A program made the position numbers and the translations under genes. Source: a virus. Taken from it: a DNA stretch of 64,000 nucleotides. Location: IMG/VR virus record IMGVR_UViG_3300045988_073563. One strand, 5' to 3'. This document shows positions 57,384 to 64,000 of this stretch, in pieces (the stretch's first letter is position 1; each line of letters opens with the position of its first letter). A model generated the notes under the pieces. That model saw nothing but the letters and a program-made list of their open reading frames with translations, searched no databases and had not been told where the DNA came from.

Positions 57384-57887
57384 TTAGGCGGCTAGCTTTA
57401 CCTTTTTTATTTGGTATATCTTAGCTGTACTCTTTCGAGCAAAACCTCGATTTTTCTTTTGTCGATGACAATTTGTATGATCAACGGGTTCAGTATTATA
57501 CGTACGTTTGTACGTTTCTTTGAACGCTACAAGGGAAGCTTTGTGCTTAGCCTTGTCTTCTTTGCTCTGCTTAGCAGATGCAATTTTGGCTTGTTTCATA
57601 TGAATAATCATCATATTGAATTTAGCCTGAGCAGTTGTTAACTTATTATCCTTATTGAATTGAGGATAATTAGGAGTTTGCAACTTAAAATGTTCTTTTC
57701 TAGCTTCTGCTAGTACTTTTAAGTGAGCTTTTCTTTTAGCTCTCTTCTCCTGCAATTTAGGATCATCCCACATCGGATATGTGTTCTCTCCTTTTACTTC
57801 AGGCTTTCTTCCTGAGATAGCTCTTGCAGCTTTCTTATAAGCATTCTTTGCTTTTACTATAGCTTCTATTTGTTCTTTTGTCTTCAT
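57384..57887 (-). CDS. Lys-rich basic hypothetical protein
   Basis: Intact 167-aa ORF with a TAA stop. Confidence 0.45.
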   Translation of the reverse strand: MKTKEQIEAIVKAKNAYKKAARAISGRKPEVKGENTYPMWDDPKLQEKRAKRKAHLKVLAEARKEHFKLQTPNYPQFNKDNKLTTAQAKFNMMIIHMKQAKIASAKQSKEDKAKHKASLVAFKETYKRTYNTEPVDHTNCHRQKKNRGFARKSTAKIYQIKKVKLAA

Positions 57888-57912
57888 ATCTTGATAATTT
57901 AATAGTTAATTA

Positions 57913-58764
57913 CTATGCTGCTGCTGCAACATTTGAATATTTCTCCTTTAACTCTTCAGGACTAGTCCATGAGAGAATAGTATCTTTAGGATAATAAGAA
58001 CTTTGTTTAGTATCTAAAGGAGTAACGGACAAACCCGTTAAACTGTCTTTATCTTTACTGTTCTTATACATACTACGGAATTTAGCTTGAGCTATCTCTA
58101 CTGCTTCTGTGTTACTTTTAGCAGTAATATAATCAGTAAGTAAATCTATCTCCTTATGTGGAGCTTCTTTACTTTGTTGTTTGATTATATATTGGTACTT
58201 CTTGCTTTCTTCCTTCTTAGAAGGGGATTTCATTTTTGCTAGTGCTTTCTTATTTTTAGTAAGAAAATCTACGACAGAGCTTTTTATCTCATTTTTATGA
58301 GGTCTCTCTTTAAGAAGTTCAACTTTACGTTTCTTTTCTTCTACAAAACGCATTTTGATCTCCTCATCAGTCAAATTAACTAATTTTGGTTGAACAAACA
58401 GGTTCTTTTTTACAGCACGAGTGAATTTCTTCTTCTCCGCTCTAGTATACTTAACTGTAGGATCATATCCTACTTTCTCAAGTATCTGTTTAATTTGTTC
58501 TTTCTTGGCTATCTTAGCAGCTTTATTGTCTGCCATAGCCTTCTTTGCTACATCAGTTAAATGGTCAGCTAGATGTACTTTCTTGCTGTTACTGATGAAA
58601 CCTATTACTTTCCCATCTTTATCGTATTCAATATACTTTGACGGACCCAGTTCAACTTTAGTAAGATACTCTACTTTCTTCGATCTACGAAGCTTACTTT
58701 TGTTGGTGGTTGATAATTTAACTCCTGTTCGTTTTCCTTTTTTATTTGCTAATATCTTTTTCAT
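57913..58764 (-). CDS. Lys-rich basic hypothetical protein
   Basis: Intact 283-aa ORF. It ends in TAG (57913-57915), immediately followed by TAA (57910-57912). Confidence 0.45.
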   Translation of the reverse strand: MKKILANKKGKRTGVKLSTTNKSKLRRSKKVEYLTKVELGPSKYIEYDKDGKVIGFISNSKKVHLADHLTDVAKKAMADNKAAKIAKKEQIKQILEKVGYDPTVKYTRAEKKKFTRAVKKNLFVQPKLVNLTDEEIKMRFVEEKKRKVELLKERPHKNEIKSSVVDFLTKNKKALAKMKSPSKKEESKKYQYIIKQQSKEAPHKEIDLLTDYITAKSNTEAVEIAQAKFRSMYKNSKDKDSLTGLSVTPLDTKQSSYYPKDTILSWTSPEELKEKYSNVAAAA

Positions 58765-58785
58765 CTTGATAATTTTAAAAGTTAT

Positions 58786-58992
58786 TTACTTGCTAAAACC
58801 TTTTATAACTTGTTTGGTTTCAGCGTTTGTATTCTCTGTATAATATATGACTAGATTCTTATCTTCATAAGTTATCTGTGCTAATTCTCCAGAGGAGTAA
58901 GCACTTGCGATAGCTTTGTTTACTCGCTTTTCGTAGTGCTTACTAGTCTCTAGAAAATGTTTCCTTAGAAATACTGCATTCCTTTTTATCAT
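58786..58992 (-). CDS. Small hypothetical protein
   Basis: 68-aa ORF whose start overlaps the upstream gene's stop. Confidence 0.35.
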   Translation of the reverse strand: MIKRNAVFLRKHFLETSKHYEKRVNKAIASAYSSGELAQITYEDKNLVIYYTENTNAETKQVIKGFSK

Positions 58993-59498
58993 GCTACTAA
59001 CGCTAACGGAGCAGATTCAATATCTAACTCTGCTTTATCATTAAACTCTTCAAGATCCTTGTTGAGTTTGTTTATTTCTAATTGAATTTTGTTCTTAATA
59101 GTGTTAAGATAAGCTGAAGTCAGCTCTTCTGTAACCTTTAAGTTCTTCTTACCTTTTGCTCGTTTGATCTTCGGATCAATTGTACGAATCTTATTAAGAT
59201 GGAACAACTGTTCTGTCTTTTCACTTAGAGCAAAGATAGTATAATAATTATTATTTACTGGAAGCTCTGAGAACTTCTTGTATCCCATATTGATGCACTG
59301 TAAATACAGTTTCATCAACAAACGCTCTTCTGACATCTCAGAGATCTTTGTAAGCATTACTTTCAGATCAAAGTTACGCTTAGCCTCTGTTGAGATTACA
59401 TTCTCATTTTTAATAATATTCCAGTATTTAGTAATTTCCTTACTTAACTCGTCACGACGAGTTTTTGCATATTTAGATGTAATTGATTTCATATTCAA
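58989..59498 (-). CDS. Hypothetical protein
   Basis: Intact 169-aa ORF with a TGA stop. Confidence 0.45.
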   Translation of the reverse strand: MNMKSITSKYAKTRRDELSKEITKYWNIIKNENVISTEAKRNFDLKVMLTKISEMSEERLLMKLYLQCINMGYKKFSELPVNNNYYTIFALSEKTEQLFHLNKIRTIDPKIKRAKGKKNLKVTEELTSAYLNTIKNKIQLEINKLNKDLEEFNDKAELDIESAPLALVA

Positions 59499-59548
59499 GT
59501 GATTTGTTTTTTAAATTAATACTTGACCGAAATACATCTACCAGTTTG

Positions 59549-59612
59549 TGGTATGTAGTGGAATCAAACCACTGTCTCCTTAAAGGCAATTCTATCACTA
59601 AACTAACATACC
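59549..59612 (-). ncRNA. Short tRNA-like element (~64 nt)
   Basis: A perfect 7-bp pairing (59550-59556 ggtatgt with 59606-59612 acatacc) flanks the hairpin agtgg-aatcaaa-ccact (59557-59573). TA lies at positions 8-9 on the - strand. The element is too short for a full cloverleaf, and its T-loop reads TTTGATT, which is non-canonical. Confidence 0.2.
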
Positions 59613-59704
59613 GAATATAGAAACTGCCCATCCAGCAGCCTCTATTATAATAGTACCCGTCCAGTACTATAAAGAATAGAAGAGTTGTATCCAATCCAAC
59701 ACAA

Positions 59705-60277
59705 CTAATTTCTTATTATTTTGTTTTTGACTTGACCCACAACATTCGCTATGCGTCCGCCACCTAAGTCAATACCAAGAGTTGCTAATAGAGGTCCCTC
59801 TATAGTAATCTCTTCTTTGGTACGATGTCCATTTTCTTTAGCATACTTCTGTATAGCTTCTTGATTGATATATTTTGAATGTAAAGCTCCGTCCGAGCAA
59901 TTTCTCATACTATCAAACAAAATATCTACTACACAGTCATAGTCTTTTTTCTTTATAGCTTCATCTAAAATACTTTTAGTAATTCCATCAAAAGCTAATT
60001 CATTACGAGTTCCATGAGAACCTGTAATAACATCTGCTACACGTAAAGCGACGTCTACAATGCTTACCAGTTCATAATCATTGCAACATCTCTGCCACCA
60101 TAAAGGTCCTTTTCCACAGTAAAAGATGACCGTTCCATCCTCTCTTACTTGTAGTTTTTTACCTGTTTTTCTTCCACTTCCATCCTGAAAGGATATCTTT
60201 GAAAGGATTGCTGGTTCGCAACTAATAAGTATTCGCAGAAGTTCTACCCGTACAGGGTCAATTCTGCACGTAGCCAT
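59705..60277 (-). CDS. Hypothetical protein
   Basis: Intact 190-aa ORF. It ends in TAG (59705-59707) with no adjacent back-up stop. Confidence 0.45.
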   Translation of the reverse strand: MATCRIDPVRVELLRILISCEPAILSKISFQDGSGRKTGKKLQVREDGTVIFYCGKGPLWWQRCCNDYELVSIVDVALRVADVITGSHGTRNELAFDGITKSILDEAIKKKDYDCVVDILFDSMRNCSDGALHSKYINQEAIQKYAKENGHRTKEEITIEGPLLATLGIDLGGGRIANVVGQVKNKIIRN

Positions 60278-60279
60278 AC

Positions 60280-60927
60280 TTATTGTTGTTCGATGTTAAT
60301 GTTAAGGTTTACTTCCTCGCTGTTCTGCGGTTCTACACCACACTGGCGAGCATACTCAATCTGCATACGTTCCTGCTCTTCCTGCATGCTCCGAACAGTA
60401 CCACTAAGTTTAGTATACTTACGAGCAAGCTCTTCATAGAACGTGCATACACTTGTGTTATGAAGTGCTAGCAATTCATTGAGTGTTGGTAGTTCTTCAG
60501 CTGAGAAGAATACTGGCTTACCACCTTTCTTTCCAATCCGGCTAATACAATCAGCGATTGTATCACGAGTTGCCTTAGCAAGTTGGGGCGGAACAAGGTT
60601 AAATACCAAATTCGGATCGTTACTTTCCGGATTCAGCATGATCTTTGGTTCACCGTCAAAATCTTTCGGTAAGAACTTCAAACCGGTAATGTCGATAGGT
60701 TTAATCAAGAACACAGTTACTTCTTTCCGTAACGTATTCTTATCGTTAAGTACGTCTTCTTTGTACTTAAGATCCGGATTTGTACCTACGATAGTATAGA
60801 TCTGTTCTGAGAAGAAACGACCATACTGTTTTGCTACAGCCCGGTAACGAGCAAGAATCTGAGAAGCAATATTAGCTTCAGGATTTGTCTGAGCACCATT
60901 TGTGCTAGCAGTTACTTGTACTTCCAT
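60280..60927 (-). CDS. Hypothetical protein
   Basis: The track ORF starts at TTG 60966. I prefer the first ATG at 60925-60927 (MEVQVTAS...). The stop is TAA. Confidence 0.45.
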   Translation of the reverse strand: MEVQVTASTNGAQTNPEANIASQILARYRAVAKQYGRFFSEQIYTIVGTNPDLKYKEDVLNDKNTLRKEVTVFLIKPIDITGLKFLPKDFDGEPKIMLNPESNDPNLVFNLVPPQLAKATRDTIADCISRIGKKGGKPVFFSAEELPTLNELLALHNTSVCTFYEELARKYTKLSGTVRSMQEEQERMQIEYARQCGVEPQNSEEVNLNINIEQQ

Positions 60928-60966
60928 AAAAATGTTTCCTTTCTGAGTCCGTACTTGATATACCAA

Positions 60967-63004
60967 TACGAACCATTTTTATACTCTTAGTTAATAATTA
61001 ATTTTAAGCTCTCCACCTTTCGATTATTTAATAGCACTACAGTAATGGTAGTGGTGAATTCAATCACATAATCTACTCAGCATAAAAAATAATAAATGTT
61101 AATTTATTTGAAAATATCTGATAATGATAAGATCTCTGATAATTTTCTGTTAAATATCGTTTTAACGTCCCGTTTCGACGGTTAAGATTCAACTCCTTCG
61201 ATGCTTAACGCACCTCTCACCGTTATTTCATATCGCGATTAGTTGCAATATGAAAGACTTTATCATCAGTTCACGATGAACCTACTTAGTATTTCCGGAT
61301 TTATCGAAATTCATTGAATTACGGTCGTTTATCTAACGTTACCAACTCACAAGCTCATTACATATAGTATGACCCACTTGTACCTCTCGGATTTCTTATT
61401 TATACTGCACGAACACGAGGATTTCCACCTCTCATCGTCTCCTTGCTTGCTTAGCTGCTATTGCTACTAAGTGTACTCTCCCTTAAATCTACCGAGACAG
61501 GGTGATAGGAGGCAGGTCATTGACGAATCAGCGTTCTCTTTACATATATACTTGCGGTATATACTTTATGAGTTTCTAATGTCAGCGATAACGGTTGGCA
61601 GTCTGGGGTGACTCGTACTCCATGCGGTCTATCTTACAACTGATAATTTGCTACTTCTGTACTATCATTGAACTTCCCAATTTCATATATCAGGTTATCA
61701 GCCTAATACGAGATTAAACAATTGAAAACACATTTTACCATTAGCTGGTTTTCTTCAGCTTTTACTGTTTCAGATTAAGAATATGTCTGTCATCACATCT
61801 ATATTCACTACCTTCTGGTTGTAGGATTCCAACCCTACAGCAGCTGTATTCTTACTTTAGTAAACTTAGTTTAAAGTACTTCTACTATATAGTTATTACT
61901 TCTCTTCAACTCAGGAGTGAGGCGATGCTTGTAATTAACCAGTCTTTACATATCTTGAAAGACATAAGCTCTGCTGTTTTTTAGTAGGAGTCCCTAGCGT
62001 CTCCTTAAAATCATTTTATATCATAATCATACTTGCTAAAGGTATGTGATAACTAGAATCAGGGTTATCGCGCCCTCAAACCGCTTAGACACTCTGGGTC
62101 TATTCATTCCTCATTCAATTATACTCACACGAACGAATAAGCACGTGAGTCACCTTAGACTTGAAAGACGGTATCAATCTCATATACCTCATCCCTTATA
62201 CGTAAGTTCTTTTTCGGCACGCTAGTTACGGTAGCGCACAGGATTGGCTCCTGCTCCCTGGTAATCAGTCTATTTTCACCACAGTTTAGCATGGTTACTT
62301 AGGATCATTGCATGTCCAGCCTTCATATCCTTACTTTGTATAAGTATGTACCATAACACGGTTATCCTTACATTAGTATTAGTTATTTACTCCCTTTATA
62401 TTACGAACCAATTATCGTAAAAACACTAGAGTTAGCCTATTTTTCCAATCAGGACGCATAGTTACGCTTTTGTATGAAGCGAGGTTGGAACCCGCTTGTT
62501 GCGTTAGTCAGCCTTAATATTGTTCAACAATCCTTTTCCAAGGGATTGTTCAAGAACACTTTGTTCTTGTCTCAGCATCGTGTTTATATTCCTTTTTGAG
62601 TCACATCTTGATAGTGCATACGAATATAGGGATTTCGTTCCCTTTGAGCTGTTTGTAATTCAGTGTGTCTTCTCTTAAATTACGAGTCTTTAATTAATCA
62701 AATCACCAATCGGTTCTCATTATCATAATCTTATTTGAAGGTTGCTCACTCTCACCTCCTCTTACACAGGTTTCACGTGTGTAAGCTAACATCTTACCTT
62801 TTGTTATCTCAACTGTTTTAGCAGTATACATATTCTCAGATCATGTACTTTTCGGACCATGTGTAAATGAACACAAGCTTCCTGACACAGTGCGTATTGT
62901 CTTATTTTAGACACCGCATGCCTTCTGCCGGAGTGATTTACGCTACAGTTTTACTCCTCTCGAACTATGACATAATTTTAGTATTTATAAAGCGGCTATT
63001 GTCA
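60967..63004. other. About 2 kb with no ORF of 60 aa or more in any frame; hairpin-rich; candidate large non-coding RNA or regulatory region
   Basis: The ORF track is empty here. My translations of - strand sections hit all three stop codons. Perfect hairpins lie at 61820-61839, 62526-62550, 62551-62569 and 62761-62785. Confidence 0.4.
61114..61124 (-). promoter_or_regulatory. TTATCAGATAT motif, copy 3 (with TTATCAGAG at 61133-61142)
   Basis: Exact 11-mer in the AT-rich stretch upstream of the 60280 gene. Confidence 0.35.
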
Positions 63005-63430
63005 TTAACTTTTTTCCGCTGAGGATTTATCTTCTCCTGCATCTAATGTCTCTGGTTTTACTGAGAAAATTTTTCCAGATGATAGGTTGATGTTTGCAAC
63101 TACCTTCCCACCACGGCATATATCAACTATGCCATCAGTTACATCTCTACTACAGATGTAATCAATTGGATCCATTTTACCCGGATCAAAACCATCCAAG
63201 CATTTACATAGATACCCTACAGACGAACGTAGGTACTGCTCTAAGTATAAGGTATTATCTATACTTTGTTTCGTTTTAACTTCAAGAGTGTTACTTGATT
63301 CTCCTTGAATAATGAAATACTCAGTTTGAACTATGACTTGATTTAACTCACGTCTAGCATTCTTGAAGTTACGAATAATTCGAGATAATCTTATCATCGA
63401 ATTAAGTGTAGAAATATTCTTATTCTTCAT
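63005..63430 (-). CDS. Hypothetical protein
   Basis: Intact 141-aa ORF with a TAA stop. Confidence 0.45.
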   Translation of the reverse strand: MKNKNISTLNSMIRLSRIIRNFKNARRELNQVIVQTEYFIIQGESSNTLEVKTKQSIDNTLYLEQYLRSSVGYLCKCLDGFDPGKMDPIDYICSRDVTDGIVDICRGGKVVANINLSSGKIFSVKPETLDAGEDKSSAEKS

Positions 63431-63821
63431 TATTAGAATCTTTAGTAAAAGGAGAAAGTGGTTTTACATCCTCTGGTAGATTAGCTATGCTACTTACTTT
63501 TGGAAATCCTGTATTTACTTCTTTTACTTTAGTTCTCCACTTAACAACCGGTTTAACTTCACCTGTTGTTGTTACATTGACGACTGCGTCTGTTGTTCCT
63601 TTTATGGATACTTCCTGAGTGTTTACATCGACAGCGATATTAATTGTGTCGATACTCACAGACGATTTCTCTTTAATTTGAGGCTTTGTCATAGACATTA
63701 GCTCCAAATATGAGGGAATCACAGGCTGTGCCTGCACTTTTTCAGTTGTACCTATTAGATTCCAGCCAACAAAAATACTGGCAAGGAACACTACTAGAAC
63801 TGATAAAACTCTACTAGTCAT
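63420..63821 (-). CDS. Hypothetical protein with an N-terminal signal/TM segment
   Basis: The N-terminus reads MTSRVLSVLVVFLASIFVGWNLIG, followed by a T/V/K-rich region. Confidence 0.45.
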   Translation of the reverse strand: MTSRVLSVLVVFLASIFVGWNLIGTTEKVQAQPVIPSYLELMSMTKPQIKEKSSVSIDTINIAVDVNTQEVSIKGTTDAVVNVTTTGEVKPVVKWRTKVKEVNTGFPKVSSIANLPEDVKPLSPFTKDSNNEE

Positions 63822-63898
63822 ATTGATTATGATTTAATTAGAGTGAAAGATTCTTCTCCATGTGAGAATACGCTTCCACGCACTAAGAATCCACAGCG

Positions 63899-64000
63899 TT
63901 AATTTTTTTTTTCAGCTGGTTTCTCCTCTTCTGCGGGTTTCTGTTCAGTAACAGGATATTCGCCGGATACAACGATATCTTTAGCTACTTCGTATTCTGC
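63899..64000 (-). CDS. 3' end of a gene truncated by the window edge
   Basis: The - strand frame reads ...AEYEVAKDIVVSGEYPVTEQKPAEEEKPAEKKN and ends at TAA 63899-63901. Confidence 0.35.
   Translation of the reverse strand, partial: AEYEVAKDIVVSGEYPVTEQKPAEEEKPAEKKN

Noticed and set aside
59473-59694. Track ORF of 73 aa on the - strand
   Set aside because: It falls in an intergenic gap and overlaps the tRNA-like hairpin and the TAG read-through tail of the 59705 gene. Its composition is implausible and it has no supporting motif.
47569-60799. + strand track ORFs inside the - strand replication genes (e.g. 47569-47916, 50391-50768, 58421-58843, 60479-60799)
   Set aside because: These are shadow ORFs opposite well-supported genes (phosphoesterase, primase and others).
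60967-63004. The 2-kb ORF-free region as a tRNA array or a CRISPR array
   Set aside because: I found no regularly spaced direct repeats and no canonical TTCGAAT/TTCAAAT T-loops with adjacent acceptor pairings. Only scattered unrelated hairpins are present.

Overview
This window looks like a slice of an AT-rich, crAss-like (Crassvirales-type) podophage genome. Two convergent modules meet at a strong bidirectional hairpin at about 46.05 kb.

The + strand block (1-46035) carries tail fibres, lysis candidates, small structural proteins, very large virion or cargo proteins and a two-barrel virion RNA polymerase domain. It is unreadable in the standard code. The ORF-track fragments line up in single frames separated only by TAG, and every gene I could delimit ends in TAA or TGA. 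Reading TAG as a sense codon, most likely Gln, restores long genes, including one 13.8-kb frame (27602-41365).

The - strand block (46095-64000) is a replication module: family B DNA polymerase, primase, DnaB-like helicase, SSB, ATPases, nucleases and phosphoesterases. It reads in the standard code and uses TAG as a terminator three times, twice backed up by an adjacent TAA.

A complete diversity-generating retroelement sits inside the fibre region. It has a target gene with a C-terminal VR, a TR 156 bp downstream whose differences from VR fall almost only at adenines, and a reverse transcriptase that itself contains two in-frame TAGs.

Other items worth a second look:
- A roughly 2-kb ORF-free, hairpin-rich stretch (60967-63004) inside the otherwise dense - strand block.
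- Three non-canonical tRNA-like loci on the - strand.
- A resolvase-like gene that begins ATG-ATG-TAG.
- Two homing endonucleases with contrasting TAG usage.
- An exact 11-mer repeated upstream of three - strand transcription units.

All calls come from manual reading of the sequence; no database search was possible.
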